64,000 nucleotides of DNA from Eukaryota sp. TZLM1-RC. Lineage: Eukaryota > Protista > Metamonada: BaSk clade. The translations under genes and the position numbers were made by a program. Below the pieces are notes generated by a model. That model made no database searches. It was not told the origin of the DNA and saw only the letters and a list, made by a program, of their open reading frames with translations. Shown one piece after another: positions 33,108-43,187 of the stretch. The stretch lies in contig JAUPSS010000002.1 of NCBI GenBank assembly GCA_040285825.1, forward strand, positions 3,782,001-3,846,000, written 5' to 3'. Position 1 is the first letter of the stretch. Every line of letters begins with the position of its first letter.

Positions 33108-33152
33108 ATTACAGTGGTTGAATTTTAGGTTGAATACAAATCCCTTTTTTTT

Positions 33153-33182
33153 CCCTTCCCTCCCTAATCCCTCCCTAATCCC
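33153..33182 (-). other. G-quadruplex-forming, TTAGGG-containing tract near the element left end
   Basis: GGGATTAGGGAGGGATTAGGGAGGGAAGGG on the minus strand; same at 58913-58942. Confidence 0.7.
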
Positions 33183-33875
33183 TTTTTTGTGTTTCTGACC
33201 TATTGAGATGCCTTTGACCTTTGAAATTCTTTCAAATATCAATTCTCTCCGTCAGCTGTTGTCTATAAAACTTTATTTGACTTTTAACTTTTATTTGACT
33301 GTTAACTTTAGGAAGAAGCTTGTCAATGAGAGCTCAACAACAAGAATAGTTGGATTTGTATTGCATAGAAATAAATATGGCTTAATTACTTGATTTTAAT
33401 GTTTTAGCATTGACATGCTGCCACAACAGTGTAAATATGTGAATCTTTTGTTGGCTGTTTTAATGTTTTTCTCATTAATAGAGGATTTATAATTGCTGTT
33501 CATAAAAGGATGGTTGTGTGTTCATCAAAACAACTGAAGCTTCATGATAACATACATACAGAAATCTTTTCACTGTTTCGCAGAACTCAATTATTGTTAA
33601 CAAACTTCAATCATTATTGATAGTATCATTTCTGTGGAATTGTCCCGGATACATCACAATTGAAGCAAGTAGCTAATCAATAATAACATGAAATCTCAGT
33701 AGATGATGAACACTAACTACCTTTATGCCACTTGACAAACCTTATCCACACGTGTCGTATAGCATTTCGACTTTTGGTTTTCTCCTGGGTTCATTTAGGA
33801 TAGATAAATTGATTGAATTTCTAAAAAATCTTAGGAAAACGGTTTGAAAGTGCTGCTTTGGGGGGTAGTTGTTGC

Positions 33876-34298
33876 CTAATTGGTAGATTTGTTCAGACCA
33901 AATCCATAGCAATTACCACAAGCAGTGAGTGCCAATGTATGATGAACACCTACACTACAAGAAACAATGTTAGAGAAGAAGGGTAACTGGAAATTCTTTC
34001 TACCAGTAGCATGAGGAGGAAAACATCGGGAGAGAACACCAGGTGTTGGAGATGAGAATAAAGAAACAGAAGGTGCAACAGAGCCAATAAGGTTGATTCG
34101 TTTTATGCGAGACCAGAGAATTGAGTTTCCTTTAGATATGTAGCGAATTCTGTGAGATGGTACAGATAAGGCAAGAAAATCGTGAAGAGGGAGGAAGAAT
34201 ACACCGCCAAATCTATCCTCAAAACCAACAAAGAAACGTTCTTTAGACAAAGAAGTATCGTGGACTAATCTGTTGATGATGCTGAGAGCGTCTTTCGT
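33876..34298 (-). pseudogene. MJ1316 (DUF504) domain plus partial RCC1 repeat cargo gene; start codon mutated to ACG
   Basis: Same 423-nt frame as 57798-58220. Confidence 0.8.
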
Positions 34299-34505
34299 GA
34301 GTTACATAGAGTTGAAATTCCAGAAACTTTTACAAATGATACCTAGTTTATGAACCTAGTTTATGAAGTGAGGGGAAAGTGTGGGAATAGTGAAAACCTC
34401 CCAAAACCAAGTTGAGGGTTAAAAACCTCCCAGAACAGGCAACCAGAAGTCGAAAATGGGGTGACAGGTGTAAAATTTGATAGATGAGCTCTTTATTCTC
34501 ACTAC

Positions 34506-36461
34506 ATGACAGACACCCACTCTGTGTCACGTGTATTCACTCGGTCTTGTGCACTTAACTCGCTGCTGACTCCTGCAGCGGTGCAACAAATTCGGACTGA
34601 CCTTCCTGTGGTCACCGAGATTTGTCATGAAGCTTCTTTATTACTTCAATCTTTTCTTCTAAATTTTCCGTTGGCATCTAGAGCTTTAGTGGAACAAGAT
34701 GTATGGTATCTGTTTATGACCGTCATCACCACTGGTTCTTTTCCTAAGCCTTCCACATCTAAAGGCCAACGCCAATTACTCCATATCTTTTACAATGGAT
34801 TTCTTCCTGAATGCCCACAAGACAGGTCTCTTGTTGCTGTGTGGGAAAATTCTTTAGTGCCTTACAGAAATTCATTCAATCTTTTCCTCAATGATTGGCT
34901 GCAGTCCCAGAACTGTAATTTTATCAATAGAAAAGGGCTTTCTCCTTACCTTGCTTGTCGGGCTCGTCAATTGGCCTCCAACGTGAAGACAAGTTTACCT
35001 AAAATTTGTCAATCCTGGACAAAAAACTTTATTCGTGCTCATTGTAGAGCCCTAGATAAAACAAATGTCTTTGCAAATAATATTCTTTCACTTTTGCCAG
35101 ATGAACCACTAGCCCAACCCGAGGAAGTAGTAGTTGATTCTGTTCTTGAATACCTCATCAATTTCAATTTGAATAATTCAAGAGAAAGATTCTTCTTATT
35201 AAATGCATGTAAGTTTATCTTGAATCTCTTTCAAAGATTTCCTACCACTGCCTCCCCACTGTCCTCACATGATAAAATCACTTTTTCATCAAAGGAAATT
35301 AGTGAGCTTTTTCTCTTCAATCTTAAAATTTCACAATACTTACTCACTTTCTTTTCTCATATGCATTGCTGGAAGAAATTTAGAATAATACCTTTAGCTT
35401 CTCATAAAGGTTCTAAATTTATTGAGGTACCTTCACAAATTTTCCACTCTGTGAAACAATTTCCAATTATTGAAGGATCATCTTCCAAAACAAAGTTTAT
35501 CAAAAATACATGTCTGAAACGAATATTCAAACAATGTCCCTACCAAAAATTCAATATCAACAGAAAAAGTTTGAAAAATAGATTTAACAAAATTTTATTG
35601 AAAACTAATGGTAATGAACTGCTTTTGACCTTTGAAGGTAAAAATAATGACTCAGAAAACACAGATGAGCTGGATGAACCACCGAAAAAGAAAAGAAGAT
35701 CAAAAAATGAAATGAAAAGTGACCCTAATGCCAACAAAACCAGAGAAACACAGTTGAAGGGTACTAAAAAAATGCCCCGTCGAAGACGTAGACATCCAGT
35801 CGAAATTTTACCTGAAAGCCCCCTTATCGGCGTTGATCTTGGCCAATCAAGATTATGTGGTTACTTCTTAAATGATAATCAATGTGGAGTTATCCCTTGT
35901 CCAACTGGCAGAAGATACATGACAAAACCTTCACCCACTAAACACTCTCCCAACCAATATTCCGTTCAAAATTTCAACCAATATTTGAACCATTGGAATT
36001 TGGTCAGGAGGAAAGTGTATTTGGAAAGTAATCGCCAGAAATGGAAAATAATTAAATTTGATAACCGCAGACGAAAAGAGAGACGGTTCAGAGAGAGTCT
36101 CAACAAATTTCAAAGGCTGGCAGGACATCCTGATAAACTCTACCTTGCTGTGGGTTCTGCTAATTTCCCTTCTCATTGCCGAAAAGTCAATCGATATGGA
36201 TCAGCAAGAGCTTTCAGAAAATGGTTGTGTTATCAAAAGGACGTGAGGCGCTTGTCAACCAGTGAATTTAATACAAGCAAACTGTCAAGTTGTTGCGAGG
36301 CCGAGAATATTCAAGCAGGATCATGGCAGATGCGTATTTGTACTGAGTGTCAAATAGTATATGACAGAGATATTTCCGCTGCAAAAAATATTCAAATTAA
36401 GAAGAAAGCGGAATTGTGGCCGGAAAGATACATTTGCCCAGATGCTCTGTTGAGAAGATGA
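34506..36461 (+). CDS. Fanzor (TnpB-like RNA-guided RuvC nuclease), family 2, intact 651 aa
   Basis: RuvC-I LIGVDLGQSRL, RuvC-II SEFNTSKLSSCC, CTEC..YDRDISAAKNI; LKTNGNEL; basic NLS-like PPKKKRRSK and PRRRRRHP. Confidence 0.9.
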   Translation: MTDTHSVSRVFTRSCALNSLLTPAAVQQIRTDLPVVTEICHEASLLLQSFLLNFPLASRALVEQDVWYLFMTVITTGSFPKPSTSKGQRQLLHIFYNGFLPECPQDRSLVAVWENSLVPYRNSFNLFLNDWLQSQNCNFINRKGLSPYLACRARQLASNVKTSLPKICQSWTKNFIRAHCRALDKTNVFANNILSLLPDEPLAQPEEVVVDSVLEYLINFNLNNSRERFFLLNACKFILNLFQRFPTTASPLSSHDKITFSSKEISELFLFNLKISQYLLTFFSHMHCWKKFRIIPLASHKGSKFIEVPSQIFHSVKQFPIIEGSSSKTKFIKNTCLKRIFKQCPYQKFNINRKSLKNRFNKILLKTNGNELLLTFEGKNNDSENTDELDEPPKKKRRSKNEMKSDPNANKTRETQLKGTKKMPRRRRRHPVEILPESPLIGVDLGQSRLCGYFLNDNQCGVIPCPTGRRYMTKPSPTKHSPNQYSVQNFNQYLNHWNLVRRKVYLESNRQKWKIIKFDNRRRKERRFRESLNKFQRLAGHPDKLYLAVGSANFPSHCRKVNRYGSARAFRKWLCYQKDVRRLSTSEFNTSKLSSCCEAENIQAGSWQMRICTECQIVYDRDISAAKNIQIKKKAELWPERYICPDALLRR

Positions 36462-36734
36462 ATGGGGAACCTGAGCATACAGAAACAAAAACTTTTGAGA
36501 CCGATCTACAAATGCCCTAGTAGCATTTGGTAGATCCACTTAGATACATCAAGTCGCGAGGCTTTGTTCTGTGAAAGCAGTAGGTGTATTTAAGTGAGGT
36601 AGCCCATTGATGAAGATCATGATTGTCTTTGTCAAATGATGCTACATGTCTCTTACAACCTGTGAGTAGACATTGAGAAAGTTGAAAACAGGAGTGAATT
36701 TCACAGGGGAATGCATGATAAGTGAAATTCACAG
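36462..36734 (+). ncRNA. Candidate omegaRNA scaffold of Fanzor family 2
   Basis: Non-coding, conserved in both copies up to the element end; hairpins 36503-36536 and 36694-36732. Confidence 0.55.
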
Positions 36735-36792
36735 TACAGTCCTAAGGAATCAACTTTTAGAAGCTTAAAGATTTGACTTCAAAAACTTCCAA

Positions 36793-39001
36793 ATTAAGAA
36801 TTAAGAAGTTCTCGTTTGACTGCACTTGTCAAGAATTCAAAAATGGATGTTCGTCCTATTGCAGTCTCTGAGAGCTTACAAAATATTTTTCTGCTTGTTG
36901 CTTAAGTAGGTTCAATGAAAAAGCAAAAAAGATTTTATTGTCCTTTCAATATGGTATAAATACTACAGATGGAGTCTCTTCAGCGATTTTTGCTACTGAT
37001 GTTTTATTTCGCCAAAATGAATCCAATGTTTGTATGTCATTGGATTTTAGTAATGCATACAATTCACTCAGTCGTCGCAGTATCCATGGTGCTTTATTGC
37101 AATATATGCCGGAATTAATGCCGTATTTTCAATCAACATATAGCACATATTCTAATTTACATTTTGGTAATTCCATTTTGAGTTCATCAAGTGGTGTAAA
37201 GCAAGGAGATCCGTTAGGACCTCTTTTGTTTTGTTTGGCCATTCATCCTATTTTATTACAAATTCAAGAGATGTTTCCTTCACTGAAAATGATTGCATAT
37301 ATGGATGATGTTGTGCTTATTGGTGATTTAAATATTGTAAAAACAGCAACTGTATGTTTTAAAGAATTATTTACCAAAATTGGTCTCCGACTTAATTTAC
37401 TTAAATGTGTTTTGTTATCGAATTCTCCAGTTTCCACAATAGTTGATGGTATTGAAATTCAAGCCAAATTATATTCAATTGATGCTATTCGTCATTTGGG
37501 TTTGTTTTTAGGAAATAATGATGAAATTACCAAAAAATTGTTTGAAAAGTTGAACTCAATTTCGGACAAAATTAACCGAATGATGACTTTAGATATACAG
37601 AAACATATCAAATTCACCATTATAAGACTGTGTTTTAGTTCCAACTTCAATCATACATTTCGATCTACAAATCCTCTTATCACTAGGCCTTTGGCCCAGA
37701 AGTTAATGAGTTACGTGCAAAAGTTTTGTCACAATTACTGGGATGTAAAATGTTCCAAATTCAAGATCATGCCTATCTTAGTCCACATTATGGCGGTTTA
37801 GGTTGGATGAAGGCTTTTATTCTTACTTCGTGTGCTGTTATTGATGGATGCAGAAATGCAATCTTTGAGTTTTCCGAAAGATTTGCCGTTTGGAAAGATT
37901 TATTAAAGACAACGCAAAGTTCCACTGTTTTTGCAATAAATGAAGAAATTTCGAAAATTGATGTAGTAAAATGGGGTCGATGTTTTCCCCAATCATTCAA
38001 TGGGAATATTCCACAAAAGAATCTTTTAAATTTAAAATACACTCTTCGAACATTACAGAAACGATTGACTGGAATGTATGAAAAAGATCTTTATAATAAT
38101 ATATGCAGCTCGGCTGTTTTAAATCAAGATCTTCACTCATTGTTATTGGAAAAGGGTGTTTGTGAAAACAAGTCGTCAGATTCATCACTTTTTGTAACTA
38201 TTGTACCACGAAGATTTGGATTGTGTGCCACTAATGAAGCATTTGTGACAAAAATGAGATTATATTTGAACATCCCCATTAATCAATTATTATCAAAAGA
38301 AAAATGTATTTGTTCGAATTCACCTCAACTCACTTTGCGCCATGCTCTGAATTGCTCTAAATTGATAACTTATCGTTCTTCATTACATGATGCTGTTAGA
38401 GACACTGTTTTCAATATGGCACAAACTGCACGGATATCGTGTATCAAAGAGCCTCTGCTGAAGGAAACACTTTCTCTGAATAATTTTGGTTCTGATGATA
38501 GAGGTGATGTGTACTGTGATTGGATTGATAACTCTGAAGCTATTGTTAACTTTGTCTCATGTAATGTTGCAAATGATACTTTGGTTCACAGAAGAAAACT
38601 TAATCCTGTGAGTGCTCTTGATTTTAAAGCAAAAGAAAAACATAGAAAATATAATAAAGATATTGAAGAGGCTAATGTTGATAGAAATACACAGCTAGTT
38701 TTTATTGCTTTCCCATTTTCGGTAAATGGAAGATTATCAGATGAAGCAGAAACTTATTTATATGACTTCAAAAAAATGGTTCAAGAAAAAACATTGAAAA
38801 GATTTGATATTTTTTATGGCGTTCTCGGATTCAATTTGCCATTATTAATAGATTACCTCGGTTTTTCAATCGAATAAGAGAAGCTTTAGCTAGACAGCAA
38901 GCAGATCAAGATTTTGTAGAGGAAATCTTGGTTCAATGATAGTCGTCCCATTAGTTATGATTTAATTTAATCAAGTGTGCATGTTCAATAAATATATTTT
39001 T
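36793..39001 (+). mobile_element. 5'-truncated family A LINE with 11-bp TSD
   Basis: RT (AYMDD) and RLE frames near-identical to 2383-4590, with frameshifts; AAAACTTCCAA at 36782-36792 and 39002-39012. Confidence 0.92.
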
Positions 39002-39034
39002 AAAACTTCCAAGTTTTTATTATTATATTTATTT

Positions 39035-39495
39035 ATTGAATAAAGAATAAAATCATCAAATACACAACTAAAACTCCACATCCTCAAAATCTGCCTCTCC
39101 TACAATAAAACAATTAATTACTAAAGATTCACAAAATTTCCCAAAAGAAAAAAATAAACCAGAAACTAATTTCACCATTCCCTTAAAAATAGAAAACACA
39201 ATCCTGCTTTGTTAGTAAACACGATTGAAAATTTCTCCAGTTTTTTCCTTTACAACTAGATCGAAATCCTCGAGGAAAGCCAAAGCAGCATTACCGAAAA
39301 ATACCAGCAAGAAAAAATCAAAGGGACATAAATTATATTGCGCTTGAGAAATTACATTGACAGAAGAAATAGGTTTCGCATATTGAGCAGCTTCGTATTT
39401 TTCGTCAGCAAGAAGAGGATTATTTACATCAGAGTTAATGAACTGTTCGTTAGAAGAAGGGTACAAGGGTCTATTGACATGGCGTCTAAAATAAA
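39035..39495 (-). mobile_element. 3' fragment of LINE family B
   Basis: NSDVNNPLLADEKY..YNLCPF..KEKTGEIFNRVY, homologous to 45960-46436. Confidence 0.85.
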
Positions 39496-39561
39496 ATTTC
39501 AAAGTATTACTTTTCTTTTTTGATCATCAAACAGAAGAACTTGTGAAACTTCTGAAACAAA

Positions 39562-39633
39562 CAGTGCAGTCGCCCTAACGTTTACTATACATCAGTGCAG
39601 TCGCCCTAACGTTTACTATACATCAGTGCAGTC
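39562..39633. repeat. 31-bp tandem repeat, 2.3 copies
   Basis: CAGTGCAGTCGCCCTAACGTTTACTATACAT x2 plus CAGTGCAGTC. Confidence 0.9.
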
Positions 39634-41360
39634 TGTTATTCAGAATTCAATGAATCACTTGTGACACTTAATTTTGAAACGTAGACGTAATTCATATAGT
39701 GTATTTAGGCTACTACAACTACTGTTTACTTAAATTTACCAAATATGATTCATAATCCTTTTATTCATCATTCTGAGAAGATTCAACGCTGTCAATTTAA
39801 GCTTCACAATTAAATACACTCCCGTCCTCAATAGTATATGATTTGATACAAGGGTTGGAAACAACTACATTGCTGTTTATCGTTCCTACACATAGGTCAG
39901 CCATAGTGATTGTAATATTGTAATATTACCAAAAAGTCATTGATGTAGTAATTAAAAACAGCATTGTGAAGAGAATCATATCAATCAACAAGCATCAATT
40001 GGGAAAAACTTGATTTATCCGGTTATCCGTTGTGAATACAAAAATTGGCTCTCTCTTTTCGAATCCTGACAGAACAACATGTGGTCCTAACAAGCAAGTT
40101 ATGAGGATTTCAGGAGATAGAGAGAACAAACAGATTGCAGATTTAGTTAGTAATGGTGACACACCGCTAGTAAATTTCACAACAATGAGTCTGTGAAAAA
40201 TAAATTATGGTATTGTGGAAATAAGCAAACGTAAGTAATCATACCTTAAACATCAGGTGTCATGACAAGCAGTGTTGTTGTGATGGGTATTGACATCAAT
40301 TTTCCACATCAATTGGAAACACATTATCATTACAACAATAAAAATCAAATAGATTACCTCACCTGTGTTACCAAAATTTCAGTTAAAATTATGGTTTCAA
40401 TATGAATGAGATGTACATAGACATTAGTACATTGTTTAATTTACTCCATGAATTCTCGTTGGCAGTTCTGGAGTTTGGGTTTCACACTTAAAACTCAAAT
40501 ATTTATTGTCCATTTAACTCTTGTTTTTAACTTGGATTTTGAAGTACATCTTTGCCAGACCAAACAAAACGATCGATCCCGCTGGTGAAGATATTTTTTT
40601 GAATGTTCGTGATGGTTTGTTTAATAATACCTACCATGTTTCTATTGTGCAACTGGAAAAATTTGCGACCGAACTCGCTGATAGAATGAAATTGTGTTTT
40701 CTATTTTCAAGGGAACGCATAGCCTGGTGTTTAGGTCGATGTTGTCAAAAGAATGTAATCACAAAAATGTCAGTAAGATGTAGATAGTATATGTAGAATT
40801 TGTGTAACTAGATTCTCAGTGTTTCAAAAAATTCAGCTGGAAATAAACAACTTAAGTGTGCATAATAACATTTCTTTTAACTTATTCCCATTAAAGGATG
40901 AAAACATTAACGTTGATTTTGTGAGAATACAACGGAATGCGAAAATGATGCAGACTGAGACAAAGCAGAAGAACTTTTTGATTACATGAAGTGGAATGAT
41001 TTGAATAATCCAATACTGACAATGTCATTATATTACTGTAATGATGAAGTATAATGTTACCACACCTCATGACAAAAAGTGGCAGTTGTAATGCCCAGAC
41101 GTTGCTGCAATCTGTTACAAAACAATATATTTATCCCAGCTTTGTACGATTACTCCTCCCAGTTCGATTTGAAAAACCATTCAACACTTGCATGAAATTA
41201 AACATATTGTACAGCATCTTTTTTCAAGTTCAACTTTGAATGTGTAGTGATGAAGATATGGAAATAATTGGGATCTTGCATATGATTTGAATTAAAAATG
41301 ATGAATATCGATGAAACCAGTTTATATACAGAAATCAACAAATAGCTTCATAACCCACCT

Positions 41361-41916
41361 TTAAATTTTCCCATTACAGGGATCAGTGGGGCCACAAACA
41401 TTACAATCTGAAATGAATAAAGAACTATAAAACAAACATGCAGGAGAGGCTCTGTGCTTAGCAGTATATCTAATGTTCCAGTTACTGTTTGTAAATACGT
41501 GAGTTTTGGTATTCGCCCATTTGACACAATCACCGTAAGAGAGGAAGTGGGAGCTGAAATAAGAACCGCTGTGGAATATATCCATACGAACGTGTAAGGC
41601 ATTGGTTAACAGGAAAAACAATTTTACCATTAGTAATGTCACCGTTAGTACCATCATCAGAAGTAACGATATGTTCTTCCATTTCATCGATGCCATTGAA
41701 ATAAATGCTACAGACCCTACAAGAGCCAGGAGAGACACGAATGGACTGGGGAGAGTAGTAAACCTTGGCATCAGGGGGAGAACCGTGGTTATTTGCATAT
41801 TTCTGCATATCACAGAAGCAGCGCATCTGGGTACCGAAATAAGGCGATTGTCCAACACACTTAGCGTTGATAACAATAGCTAAAGAGAGACAGAGCAACA
41901 GTACAGTGAGTTTCAT
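41361..41916 (-). CDS. Small secreted Cys-rich protein, probably frameshifted near 41560
   Basis: Signal peptide MKLTVLLLCLSLAIVINA; Cys-rich sequence continues in the overlapping frame (SYGDCVKW..CNVCGPTDPCNGKI). Confidence 0.55.
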
Positions 41917-42004
41917 TATGATTAAGGGAAAGAGTTCACAATCCAACTATTCATATTTCCTAATTTATATTATTTTTTTTATTATTTTTTTAATTATTAA
42001 AATT

Positions 42005-42515
42005 TCATGTCATTGAACAAGTTTGGTTCGGATGTTAGAGGTGATATTTACTGTGATTTGATTGATAACTCTGAAGTTATTGTCGATTTCGTTTCATGTA
42101 CTGTTGCAAATGACATTTTGGTACAAAGAAGGAAACTTAATGCTGCAAAATATCTGGAATATACAGCGAATGAAAAACAAAGAAAATATGACAAAGATAT
42201 AGAAGTAGCTTATACTGATAGAAACAGACCACTTGTTTTCACTGCTCTTGCATAAACTATCAGCAGAAGCAGGAAACATTTTGAATGATTTTCAAATATT
42301 GGTTCAAGAAAAAACAATGAAGAGATTTGATGTCTTTTTGTGATGGGCGCGAATTCAATTTGCTATAATTAATAGATTACTTCGGTTCTTTTATCAAATA
42401 AGAAAAGCAATGGTGAAAAAACAAGCAGACCAGGATTTTGTGGAGGAAATTTTGGTTCATTGAATTTAGTCCATTTATCTCTGATTTAATTAAGTGTTGT
42501 GGTGCGATATAAAGT
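42005..42515 (+). mobile_element. Diverged family A-like LINE 3' fragment
   Basis: FGSDVRGDIYCDLIDNSEVIVDFVSC..KQRKYDKD..FVEEILVH. Confidence 0.85.
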
Positions 42516-43187
42516 CATCTTCCTGTTTTGAGATCATTTAAACGGAACTCCAATTATGGGAATTACTACGTGGCATTTTAATGAGCAGAAGTATCTTAAT
42601 ATCATATAATGAAGAATTGGTATCAATAAGTTTTGCATATCTCCAACAATAAACCAACTGAATACATCTCCTGGTGAGGTTATCTGCCATTTAAAATAAA
42701 CAACAAAGATTATTCTTAGTAATGATGAAAATCTGGTACTTAAACTTCATCAAATGAACGCGAAACAACATTTTTCAGAAAAGGATAGATTAAGAGCGGT
42801 TGGACTAGGTGTCAAATCAGAAATTGTTCACAAAACAAAATGTCAATGCTAATACATTTATTTACAACTGAGGCTGAATTCCTCACTCATGATCACCCTA
42901 TTGCAGCATCAAACTAAGGATTTGCCTGTTGAATTGTTCACAATGCTATCTGTTATTGCCACATCATTTCACTTCATCCCTTATGTGAATAAGTAGATGT
43001 TGAGCAATATTGAACACATTGGCTAAAAGTTTGAAATTTAATTTGAAAAATTCAATTAAAAATCTCAACTTTACATAAAAAATCCTGAAAGGACATTGAA
43101 TCTATACCCCACGCTTATTTAAAGGCATAAAGCATATACAGCAATCACCCTAAATGAAAAACAAAATAAATAAAAAAATCAAATTTA

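Larger units (their letters stand above)
33112..36734 (+). mobile_element. Fanzor family 2 element, copy 1 (3623 bp), TA-flanked, no transposase
   Basis: Colinear inverted copy at 55303-58982; TA|CAGTGGTTGAATTT ... AAATTCACAG|TA. Confidence 0.88.

Noticed and set aside
33108-33242. N-terminal 45 aa of the DnaJ track ORF
   Set aside because: Lies in the transposon end; the signal peptide starts at 33107
39562-39633. Repeated CAGTGCAGTC with 21-nt gaps as a mini CRISPR array
   Set aside because: The intervening sequences are identical, so it is a simple tandem duplication; no cas genes
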